This document shows, piece after piece, positions 30,754 to 39,307 of a stretch of DNA of 64,000 bases. This DNA is from an uncultured Gemmatimonadales bacterium (GTDB lineage Bacteria > Gemmatimonadota > Gemmatimonadetes > Gemmatimonadales > GWC2-71-9). How positions within the stretch are numbered: the first letter of the stretch is position 1; each line of letters begins with the position of its first letter. The translations under genes were made by a program, and so were the position numbers. The notes under the pieces are model-generated. The model was given only the letters and a program-made list of their open reading frames with translations. It ran no database searches and was not told the origin of the DNA. The stretch is from positions 1 through 64,000 of the forward strand of contig CAVOGR010000007.1 of NCBI GenBank assembly GCA_963695555.1. The letters are read 5' to 3'.

Positions 30754-31902
30754 TCATGACGTGGCGGCTTTGATGAGTTGCCCGGCGATGATCAACCGTT
30801 GGATCTCGGTGGTCCCCTCGTAGATCCGTAAGGCACGCACCGACCGGTAGAGGCGGTCCAGTGGGTGGTCAGCCAGCACCCCGAGACCCCCGAAGATCTG
30901 AACCGCATCGTCCACGATACGCTGTGCGGCTTCGGTGGCGAAGGCCTTGGCCATGGCGGCCTCGCTGGTGACGCGGGACGCTCCCAGGTCGAGTTCCCAC
31001 GCCGCCCGGTAGGTCAGCAACCGCGCCGCCGTGAGATCGGTCGCCATGCGCGCCAATTTGTCCTGGATCAGCTGAAACTCCGCCAGTGGCTTGCCGAACT
31101 GCCGGCGACGGCAGGCATGGGTCGTCGCCTCGCTCAGCGCGCGCTCCGCCATGCCGCAGGCGGCCGCGGCCACGGTGGGCCGCAACTTGTCCAGCGTGGT
31201 GAGGCCCAGCCGGAATCCCGTACCCTCGGCCCCGAGCCGGTTCGCGACGGGGACCCGGCAATCCTCGAAGGCGATCTCGCCGAGCGGATGCGGAGAACTC
31301 AACACGAGCGGGCGGACGAAGCGAAGACCCTCCGCATTGCCGGGCACCAGAAAACACGAGATGCCGTCCCGGCCCTGTGCCGCGTCAGTCGTGGCGAACA
31401 CCGTGTAGAAGTCGGCGATGCCCGCGTTCGAGATGAGGGTCTTGGTCCCATTCAGTCGGTACGCATTGCCGTCGCGCCGCGCCGAGGTGGTGAGGGATGC
31501 GACGTCCGACCCGGCCTCCGGCTCGGTCATGGCAAAGGCCGCCACTGCGGTTCCCGAAATGACGCGGGCGACCCACTGAGCTTTTTGCTCGTCGGTGCCG
31601 GCCAGCAGAATCGGAACCGTTCCCAACGCCTGGAGCGCAAACATGGCATCGGTCAGCGGGGACGCCGCTGCCAAGGCCTCACGGATGAGGGAGCAGGCCC
31701 GAAAATCTTGCTCTTCGATCGCTCGAAGCCAGCCGCCTTCACCGAGGAGGGCAACCAGCGTTCGCGCCTCGGTCCGGCACGCAGCATCGTCGGCGGGCTC
31801 GGGGCGCGGCGCCAGGTTGGTCGCCGCCCACGTCGCCACATTGGCAGCGAGGGACAGGTGGCGCTCTTCCAAGAACGCCCGGACCGCCTTCGGGTCAGGC
31901 AC
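30754..31902 (-). CDS. Acyl-CoA dehydrogenase
   Basis: AFAMTEPEAGSD, LNGTKTLISN, RRQFGKPL, AVQIFGGLG, RIYEGTTEIQ. Confidence 0.95.
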   Translation of the reverse strand: MPDPKAVRAFLEERHLSLAANVATWAATNLAPRPEPADDAACRTEARTLVALLGEGGWLRAIEEQDFRACSLIREALAAASPLTDAMFALQALGTVPILLAGTDEQKAQWVARVISGTAVAAFAMTEPEAGSDVASLTTSARRDGNAYRLNGTKTLISNAGIADFYTVFATTDAAQGRDGISCFLVPGNAEGLRFVRPLVLSSPHPLGEIAFEDCRVPVANRLGAEGTGFRLGLTTLDKLRPTVAAAACGMAERALSEATTHACRRRQFGKPLAEFQLIQDKLARMATDLTAARLLTYRAAWELDLGASRVTSEAAMAKAFATEAAQRIVDDAVQIFGGLGVLADHPLDRLYRSVRALRIYEGTTEIQRLIIAGQLIKAATS

Positions 31903-31919
31903 GCGGTGCTCCGGATGGG

Positions 31920-32720
31920 CTATTCAAACACCGGGTCGCGCTTCGCGGTGAACGCTTCATACGCCTCCCGAAAGTTGGGGTGCTGCATGCAACGGGCTTG
32001 GGCCTGGGCCTCCGCCTCGAGGGCCTCCGCGAGTTCCATTGCCGCCTCACGATTCAGGGCATCCTTGGTCACGGCGAGTGCCTCCGACGGGCCGCGAGCC
32101 AGCACGAGCGCGGTACTCTGCGCTTCTCGCATGAGGTCGTCGAGTGGGACGACCCGTTGGTAGAGCCCAATTGCTTCGGCGCGCGCAGCATCGATGAACT
32201 TGCCGGCCATCAACAACTCCGATGCGTGGCCCAGGCCGATGATCCGCGGCAGGAGCCAGGCTGCACCCATGTCGGCGCCCGAGAGCCCAACTTTGGTGAA
32301 GAGAAAGGCGATTTTCGCGGTCGGGGCCGCGATTCGGACGTCACACGCCGTGGCGATAACGGCACCGGCGCCGGCCACCGTTCCGTTGAGCGCGGCGATG
32401 ACGGGCCGCCGGCACGTGCGGATCGCAAGAATAAGATCGCAGGTGAGCCGGGTGAACTCCAGAAGCCCCTTCGCGTCTCGCTCGAACAGCGCCCCGATGA
32501 TGTCTTCGACGTCCCCGCCGGAGCAGAAGGCCCGCCCCTGGCCGGTGATCACAATCGCGCGCACGGACGGCTCGGTGTCGAGCCGGACAAAGGTCTCCCG
32601 CAACTCGCGGTACACCTCGAATGTCAACGCGTTCAACCGTTCGGGCCGGTTCAACGTGATCGTGGCGACCCCGTGTTCGGGGTCGTGATCGTAGAGAAAC
32701 GTCTTCGGGGCGAGGGACAT
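31920..32720 (-). CDS. Enoyl-CoA hydratase family protein
   Basis: ITLNRPERLNAL, AFCSGGD, AALNGTVAGAG, FTKVGLSGADMG. Confidence 0.93.
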   Translation of the reverse strand: MSLAPKTFLYDHDPEHGVATITLNRPERLNALTFEVYRELRETFVRLDTEPSVRAIVITGQGRAFCSGGDVEDIIGALFERDAKGLLEFTRLTCDLILAIRTCRRPVIAALNGTVAGAGAVIATACDVRIAAPTAKIAFLFTKVGLSGADMGAAWLLPRIIGLGHASELLMAGKFIDAARAEAIGLYQRVVPLDDLMREAQSTALVLARGPSEALAVTKDALNREAAMELAEALEAEAQAQARCMQHPNFREAYEAFTAKRDPVFE

Positions 32721-32757
32721 GGGGTCTCTGCTCCTAGCGGCAGATGACGCAACGGAT

Positions 32758-33159
32758 TCAGGGTAGGACGGCGGTCGCTTCGATCTCGATTTGTGCCCCT
32801 TCATCGACGAGGCGTTTCACTTCGACGAGGGCCATCGCAGGATAGTGACGCCCCATGAGTCGGCGGTACACGACACCGATCGCTTTTCGGCCGTCACGGT
32901 AGGCGTCGAGGTCCGTCACGTAGATCGTGAAACGACCGATGTCTTCGGGCGTGCCGCCGGCTGCGCGCACGACCGTCAGGACGTTCGTCAACGCCTGTTC
33001 CCATTGTTCGACGAACGACGAGGCTCGGATTTGCCCGTCTCGAACGACGGCAGTTTGGCCGGCAACAAAGAGTACCCGGCCGCCGGCCGGCCCAACGAGG
33101 GCGTGATTCCATCCTCGCGGGACGCCGAGCGATTCGGGGTTGATGATATCGAAGGTCAT
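32758..33159 (-). CDS. RidA/YjgF family protein
   Basis: LFVAGQ, HYPAMALVEV, IEIEATA. Confidence 0.92.
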   Translation of the reverse strand: MTFDIINPESLGVPRGWNHALVGPAGGRVLFVAGQTAVVRDGQIRASSFVEQWEQALTNVLTVVRAAGGTPEDIGRFTIYVTDLDAYRDGRKAIGVVYRRLMGRHYPAMALVEVKRLVDEGAQIEIEATAVLP

Positions 33160-33932
33160 GCGAGGAGTGCTCCTCCGTCAATGACAATGGCCTGGCCGTT
33201 GATGCCCCGGGCTGCGTCGTCGCACAAGGCGGTCACCGCGTGGGCAACCTCGTCCGGGTGGAGCAGCCGGTGCTGCGGGCTGAGCGCGAGAATGGCCTCG
33301 AGGGCGGCTTCTTCGGACATGCCGGTCGTTCGCCTGATCTGCGCGACCGACGCGCGGGTCATGTCGGTGTCGACATACCCGGGGCAGACGGCGTTCACCG
33401 TTACTCCCGCCTGGGCGACCTCGGCCGCGAGGCTCCGGGTAAACCCAATGACCGCATGTTTCGTGGCACTGTACGCGGCCACGTACTTGGCTCCCGACAA
33501 CCCTGCCACGGAAGCGATGTTGATCACCCGCCCCCAACTGCGCTGCACCATGTCTTCGACAAAGGCCTGGGTACACAACAGCGTCCCGGTCACATTGACC
33601 CGGAACAAGTGATTCCAGTCATCCAGCTCGATCTTCTTCACCGGGGCGGAATGGGCCACACCGGCGTTGTTGACGAGGATGTCCACATGCCCAAGATAGG
33701 TGTTGGCGGCGGCAGCCATGTGTCGAACGCTCTCCGGATCGCCCACGTCGCAGGAGATGGCCCAGGCTTTGTGTCCGGCGTCGCGCAATGCCTGCTCCAC
33801 CTCGCTCAGCTTGGCGGTGGATCGTGCCGCCACCACGACCGACGCGCCGGCCTGGGCCAAGGCTTCGGCAATGGCCGCGCCGATGCCCCGCCCTCCGCCG
33901 GTGACGACCGCTGTCCGTCCTTCAAGCCGCAT
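33156..33932 (-). CDS. Short-chain dehydrogenase/reductase (3-hydroxyacyl-CoA dehydrogenase-like)
   Basis: TGGGRGIG, NNAG, YSATK, VCPGYVDT. Confidence 0.93.
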   Translation of the reverse strand: MRLEGRTAVVTGGGRGIGAAIAEALAQAGASVVVAARSTAKLSEVEQALRDAGHKAWAISCDVGDPESVRHMAAAANTYLGHVDILVNNAGVAHSAPVKKIELDDWNHLFRVNVTGTLLCTQAFVEDMVQRSWGRVINIASVAGLSGAKYVAAYSATKHAVIGFTRSLAAEVAQAGVTVNAVCPGYVDTDMTRASVAQIRRTTGMSEEAALEAILALSPQHRLLHPDEVAHAVTALCDDAARGINGQAIVIDGGALLA

Positions 33933-33941
33933 GATGGTACC

Positions 33942-34712
33942 TCATGTGCGATCAGGCTCTGCGCGTGTCGCGACAACGGCATCCTCGAGAATACCGCCGA
34001 GGATCTCGATCACTTGTCTTCCCTCTTCTGTGCTGGCCTGGGCCGGGTTGCCAAAATAGGCTCGCGGGCCGCCGGCCTCGTCAAAGGTATGTTTGCCCTC
34101 TCGAATCGCCTGCGACAGCGAGGCAGGATTCGGGGCGAGACTCCGCCGAATCTCATTCCGAACGAGCTCTGGACACTGTGCAAGAATGACGGAACTTTCA
34201 TATTGACCGGCGTGACACGCGCCGCTTTGAAACTCCTCGGTCAGGCGGGGCGCCCACGGCCTCTTGGTGATGTTCGGGAAGATGACCCGGCCCTCGGCAT
34301 CGCCCTCGGTCGCGGCAACCGCAGCATCCAGGGCCGCGAGATGCGCCGGGTCGAGGTGCACGTTGGCGAGCGCGAGGTCGAGCCCGAACCGGGCGACACC
34401 CTGCGCCAGATCGGCCACCATGGCCGTCACCGTGCCGGGACCGACCGAGAGCGTGCCGGGAAACTCCGCTGCGAACGGGGCGGCGGTATAGTGAAGGCAG
34501 GGCAGCAGGAGACACCCGTATCCGCGCCGCGCCAGCCGCTCCGCACCGGCCTGAGCCATCGCCTCGGCGATGAGCCCATCCGTCGCCAGCGGGAGATGGG
34601 GACCGTGGGCCTCGATCGCCCCGATGGGGAGGATGGCCAGGGAGGCAGTCTCCTCGAGATCCCGAACCTCCTCCCAGGTCATGTCGGCCAGCCGGAGTGG
34701 GCGCATCGTCAT
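33942..34712 (-). CDS. Creatininase/amidohydrolase family protein
   Basis: LADMTWEEV, PIGAIEAHGPHLPLATD, HAGQYES; start 34712 or 34706. Confidence 0.88.
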   Translation of the reverse strand: MTMRPLRLADMTWEEVRDLEETASLAILPIGAIEAHGPHLPLATDGLIAEAMAQAGAERLARRGYGCLLLPCLHYTAAPFAAEFPGTLSVGPGTVTAMVADLAQGVARFGLDLALANVHLDPAHLAALDAAVAATEGDAEGRVIFPNITKRPWAPRLTEEFQSGACHAGQYESSVILAQCPELVRNEIRRSLAPNPASLSQAIREGKHTFDEAGGPRAYFGNPAQASTEEGRQVIEILGGILEDAVVATRAEPDRT

Positions 34713-34771
34713 TGTGAAGCTCGGAACGCGTGTGAGGACTGCCGGCATCGACTCCAATCGGTGAGCCACTC

Positions 34772-36295
34772 ATGACCTTCGTCCCACCAGAGTCGTTCAA
34801 TATGGCGGACTACTTTCTCGACGCCCGTCTGCGCGAGGGAAAGGCTAACGCGACCGCAATCCGCACCGGCAACGGGGAATGGACGTACCAGGCGGTGTTC
34901 GAGCTGGCGAACCGGTTCGGCCGCCTGCTTCAATCGGCCGGCGTGGAGCCGGAACAACGTGTCATCATTGCGCTCCCAGACGGTCCGGAATTCGTGGCCG
35001 CTTTGTTCGGTATCTTGAAGATTGGGGCGGTGGTGGTGATGGTCAACCCACATCTCAAGTCCGATGCCGTTGCCTATTTCTATGACTACACCAGGGCCCG
35101 GGCGGCGCTCATCCACCGAGACACCCGAGGCGCATTCGAAACCGCTGCCACCGAGGCCCGCAATCTGCGGACGATCCTCGTCGTGGGAGAGGACGGATTC
35201 ACCGAGCAACTGGCCTCGGCACCCAGCGTGCTCGACGCCTTCCCGAGCCACCGGGACGATGCCGCCATTTGGCTTTTTTCAGGCGGAACCACGGGCCATC
35301 CCAAGGCAGTCATGCAGACCCACCGTTCGTTCGCGAATACGACGGAATGCTATGCCAAAGAGGTGATCCGGTACCGCGAGGGCGACACCACGTTGTCGGT
35401 GCCGAAACTGTTTTTTGGGTACGCGACCGGCTCGAATCTCTTGTTTCCCTTCGCCGTCGGGGCAAGCAGCGTGCTGTTCCCGGAGCGGGTCACGCCGGAG
35501 GTAGTGTTCTCAAACGTCGCGCGGTATCGGCCCACTATTCTGATCGCCGTCCCGACCATGATCTCCCAAATGTTGAGCCACCCCGAGGCCAGATCCCAGG
35601 ACCTCTCGTGCCTACGGGTGGTCACGTCGGCTGGTGAGGCGTTACCAGTCGAGCTCCACAGGCGCTGGCAGGAGACGTTTGGCGTCGAGTTGCTCGACGG
35701 CCTCGGTACCGCCGAAATGTGGCACATCTTCATCTCGAATCGGCCTGGGGCGGTCCGACCCGGCAGCCTGGGTACGGTGGTGCCGGGCTTCGAGGTGACA
35801 GTTTGTGACGAGCACGGCGCGGAACTTCCCGATGGCGACGTGGGGTGGCTCCGGGTACGGGGACAGTCGCGGGCCATCGGCTACTGGCAACAGATGGAGA
35901 AGTCCGCGCAGGCGTTTCAAGGGGAATGGTACGTGTCCGGGGACATGGTGCAACGTGACTCCGACGGGTACTTCACCTATGCCGGGCGTGGGGACGACAT
36001 GTTGAAGGTGTCCGGCAAGTGGCTTTCGCCCCAAGAGGTGGAGAACTGCCTGCTCCAACATCCCGCCATCGAGGAGGCCGCGGTGGTCGGCATCATCGAC
36101 GACGAAGGCCTGACCCAGCCGCATGCGTTCATCGTCCCCATCGGCGCCCCACCCACCGAGCACGAACTCCAGGCGTTCGTGAAAGAACGCCTGGAGTCGT
36201 ACAAACACCCCAGAACCGTCACCTGTCTCGAAGCACTCCCGCGAACCCACCTCGGCAAGGTCGACCGGGCGGGGCTGCGTCGAGGGGCCGGCTAG
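34772..36295 (+). CDS. Benzoate/anthranilate-CoA ligase family protein
   Basis: FSGGTTGHPK, PKLFFGY, SAGEALP, LDGLGTAE, GRGDDMLKVSGKW, LPRTHLGK. Confidence 0.92.
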   Translation: MTFVPPESFNMADYFLDARLREGKANATAIRTGNGEWTYQAVFELANRFGRLLQSAGVEPEQRVIIALPDGPEFVAALFGILKIGAVVVMVNPHLKSDAVAYFYDYTRARAALIHRDTRGAFETAATEARNLRTILVVGEDGFTEQLASAPSVLDAFPSHRDDAAIWLFSGGTTGHPKAVMQTHRSFANTTECYAKEVIRYREGDTTLSVPKLFFGYATGSNLLFPFAVGASSVLFPERVTPEVVFSNVARYRPTILIAVPTMISQMLSHPEARSQDLSCLRVVTSAGEALPVELHRRWQETFGVELLDGLGTAEMWHIFISNRPGAVRPGSLGTVVPGFEVTVCDEHGAELPDGDVGWLRVRGQSRAIGYWQQMEKSAQAFQGEWYVSGDMVQRDSDGYFTYAGRGDDMLKVSGKWLSPQEVENCLLQHPAIEEAAVVGIIDDEGLTQPHAFIVPIGAPPTEHELQAFVKERLESYKHPRTVTCLEALPRTHLGKVDRAGLRRGAG

Positions 36296-36299
36296 GAAC

Positions 36300-38285
36300 T
36301 CACGGTCGTTCCCACACGTTGTTCGCGCGATCGACGTCGGGCAACGTGCCCTCGGCGTCGAGTTCCACTTTCACGACCGGACGACGCGAATCGATGTCGA
36401 GGGTGGCGTGCGCCTGTCCGGTGAGCCAGTGCTCGACCGAAACCACGCGACTGACCGTCGTGCCATCATCAAAGGTCACGGTCACGTAGGCGGGCATCGG
36501 CAGGTATCCCCGGTCCGCGATGACGATTCGGGTCCCGCCGGGGATAGGCTCGACCGCTTCCACAGCCTGGTCCAGCGTCCATGTCTCGTAATACCAGCTG
36601 TGCCAGAACCAGTCGAGGTCCTCGCCGCTCACCGTTTCCATTGTAGTGAAGAAGTCCCACGGCTTGGGGTGCTTGAAGGTCCAGTTGCGCAGATACGTCT
36701 GCCAGGCCTTCTGGAATCGGTCCTCGCCGAGGTAGCGCCGAAGTGCTACCAACGCGGTGGCGGGTTTCGCGTAGGATGCAACACCCCCCGCTCCCTGGTA
36801 GTGGAAGTCGGTCCACCGCATCATCTCGCCCTCGGTGCCGCGTCGGGTCTGAGCGACATACGATTGCCGGTCTCCCTCGTCGAAATCCGGTCCGGGATAG
36901 AACTCCTTCGACGCTTGGTTCTCGTGGAACGAAGTCGAGCCCTCGTCCATCCAGCCATATCGCTTTTCATCCACCCCAATGATCATGGGCAGCCACATGT
37001 GGGCTTCTTCGTGGGCCGTCACGTAGTAGAGCGCGCTATCGCCGGCGTTGTTGTAGTCTCCAATGAGGGTCATCATGGGGAACTCCATACCGCCGCCCAT
37101 GATGCCTCCGCCCTCGACGGCGGTCATATGCGGCCACGGATAGGGCACCCCAGTGAATCGGGACAGAAAGTCGATGGCATGCTGGGTATAGCGAGCTGAA
37201 TGCTGCCATCGCGGTGCGCTCGACCGCCAGATCGCGTCCACGCGCGTGTAATCGACCTGGCCATCGCCGTCGCGGTCGCCCACCGCGGTGCGTGCGGCAT
37301 CCCAGCGTGATTCGCGCGTGGCGCTGAACGCCATGTCGCGCACGTTTCGGGCGGTGAAGCGCCAGCGCAGCCGTCCACTGGCGGACGTCCGGGTGGCGCG
37401 GCCCGGGCCGAGATCTTCCTCGGTCAATACCGCCACCACGTCGTCACTTTGTTCCGCCCGGGTGAGGCGTTCGAGAACGGCCGACGGCAATACCTCTGCT
37501 CGATTCTGGAGGGTACCGGTGCCCATGATCACCCAGCCCTCGGGCGCTTCGATGGTAACGTCATAGTTGCCGTACCCCATGTAGAACTCGGCGTTCCCCA
37601 GATACGAATCGAGCTGCCAGCCCACCACATCGTCGTACACCGCCATCTGGGGATACCAATAGGCCATGTAGATCAGATTGTCCTTATTCCATCCCATCCT
37701 GCCGGATTGCGGCGCTTTGAAGCCCCAGGAGATCGCGAGCGTCAGCGAGTCTCCCGAGCGCAGCGGCGTGGGCGGCCGGACGCCAAGGATGGTTCCCTGC
37801 ACTTGGTAGCCGGCTCCGCGCCGGAGCTCACGTTCGCTCAGCGTTTGCCCTCCGGCAGCCACGCCGGTGAGCTCGACGCCACCCGTCATCTCCACTGGGC
37901 GATTCCGTGGCACGCCAGGCGAGTGGAGGTTCTGGAGAAGGTGGAGGAACACCACATTGAGCGACCGGGGAGAGCGATTGTGGTAGGTGATCGTGGCCCG
38001 GCCGTCCAGGCGCTTCCCCTCGGGATCGAGCGACGCCTCGATTCGATAATCGGTCCACTGCTGCCAATACTTGGCCCCGGGCGCTCCCGTGGTGCTTCGG
38101 GTCCCGGCCTCGATCGCGGCTCGGTATTCCGGGGGAGGGATCACCGGGTAGGGCACCGGACGCTCCGGTCGCGCCGTGGCGGGAGTCACAGCTGGTTGAG
38201 GGGCGACGCCCGGTTGAACGACCAGGGCAGGACTGCCGCACCCGACACCAAACGCCACCGCGATTCCCAGCACGAGACCTCGCAT
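36300..38285 (-). CDS. M1-family zinc aminopeptidase, lipoprotein
   Basis: GAPGAKYWQQ, GGMEFP, HEEAH plus WMDEG, FKHPKPWDFF; lipobox-like FGVGC. Confidence 0.9.
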   Translation of the reverse strand: MRGLVLGIAVAFGVGCGSPALVVQPGVAPQPAVTPATARPERPVPYPVIPPPEYRAAIEAGTRSTTGAPGAKYWQQWTDYRIEASLDPEGKRLDGRATITYHNRSPRSLNVVFLHLLQNLHSPGVPRNRPVEMTGGVELTGVAAGGQTLSERELRRGAGYQVQGTILGVRPPTPLRSGDSLTLAISWGFKAPQSGRMGWNKDNLIYMAYWYPQMAVYDDVVGWQLDSYLGNAEFYMGYGNYDVTIEAPEGWVIMGTGTLQNRAEVLPSAVLERLTRAEQSDDVVAVLTEEDLGPGRATRTSASGRLRWRFTARNVRDMAFSATRESRWDAARTAVGDRDGDGQVDYTRVDAIWRSSAPRWQHSARYTQHAIDFLSRFTGVPYPWPHMTAVEGGGIMGGGMEFPMMTLIGDYNNAGDSALYYVTAHEEAHMWLPMIIGVDEKRYGWMDEGSTSFHENQASKEFYPGPDFDEGDRQSYVAQTRRGTEGEMMRWTDFHYQGAGGVASYAKPATALVALRRYLGEDRFQKAWQTYLRNWTFKHPKPWDFFTTMETVSGEDLDWFWHSWYYETWTLDQAVEAVEPIPGGTRIVIADRGYLPMPAYVTVTFDDGTTVSRVVSVEHWLTGQAHATLDIDSRRPVVKVELDAEGTLPDVDRANNVWERP

Positions 38286-38384
38286 TGGTACCCTCCCTTT
38301 CTTCTGAGTGTCTCAAGGTAGCCTGCTCCCCGTGGAGCCGGAGCCGCCTGGGGAGGCAAACAGCCAAGGATGTGTTAGACAGAC

Positions 38385-38411
38385 GCAACCGAACGGCGTT
38401 AGGATTCGTAA
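38385..38411 (+). promoter_or_regulatory. Putative ECF-sigma promoter (GCAACC-N16-CGTAA)
   Basis: AAC...CGT bipartite motif immediately upstream of the MoxR operon. Confidence 0.45.
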
Positions 38412-38486
38412 GAAAGTGTGAAGGCCTGTTCTCTCAGGTCTGGCCAGGGCAGGATCCAGGGCAGACCGGTCACGAATCGAGGCGAC

Positions 38487-39303
38487 GTGCTGCATCGGCT
38501 GGCCCCAAGCCCGATCCGAATTCTGGTCCTGCGCGGCCGCGCAATCGTCGCGCTGCTGAGCCTCTGGACGGTCTCGAGCGGCGTGGCCCAGACTGGCGGA
38601 GGCTCACCGGACGGCCAGGCAGCCCTCGGCAGGCACACCAGGGGGCGAGCCTTCTACTTCACACGCGCTGTCTACACCGATGTCGAGCGGCGCGGCCGGT
38701 TCGGGTGGTGGAGTGTGGATTACCCCAAGGCCGACCGTCAGTTCCTCATGGGACTGACTCGGCTGACCGGCATCGATGCCCACCATTCCGAAAACCCTAT
38801 CAGGCTCGACGACCCTGAACTCCGTCGGTATCCGTTGGTCTACGCGGTCGAGGTGGGGCACATGGCCCTCACCGAGGCCGAGCGGACCGGCCTCAGGAAT
38901 TACCTGATTGGCCGGCGGAATCCTGCTGGTGGATGACTTCTGGGGCTCATGGGAATGGGCCAACTTCCAGTCGGAGATGGCGCAGGTCCTTCCGGGCTAC
39001 CCGATCGTCGATCTTCCGGCCGACCATCCGCTGCTTCACGTGTTCTACGACCTTGCCGAGATCGTGCAGGTGCCGAACGTGGGATTGGGACGGGCCGGCG
39101 GACGCACCTGGGAGAAGGATGGATACACGCCTGCCCTGCGAGGCATCTTCGACGGGCACGGTCGGCTCCTGGTTGTCATCAATTGGAATAGCGACTTGGG
39201 CGACGCATGGGAATGGGCGGAGGACCCCTACTACCCCATCCGGTTTTCGAATTTCGCGTATCAACTCGGCGTCAACGTCATCGTGTACGCCATGAGCCAC
39301 TAG
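38487..39303 (+). CDS. DUF4159-domain secreted protein; frameshift near 38908
   Basis: FYFTRAVY, WSVDYPKAD, LRNYL then GGILLVDDFWG, NSDLGDAWEW, YQLGVNVIVYAMSH; paralogous to the intact gene 45227..46018. Alternative start 38418. Confidence 0.85.
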
Positions 39304-39307
39304 CGCA

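Noticed and set aside
38900..38915. Split DUF4159 as two genes
   Set aside because: The intact paralog reads LRNYLLKGGFL across the same point, so a single-base indel explains it.
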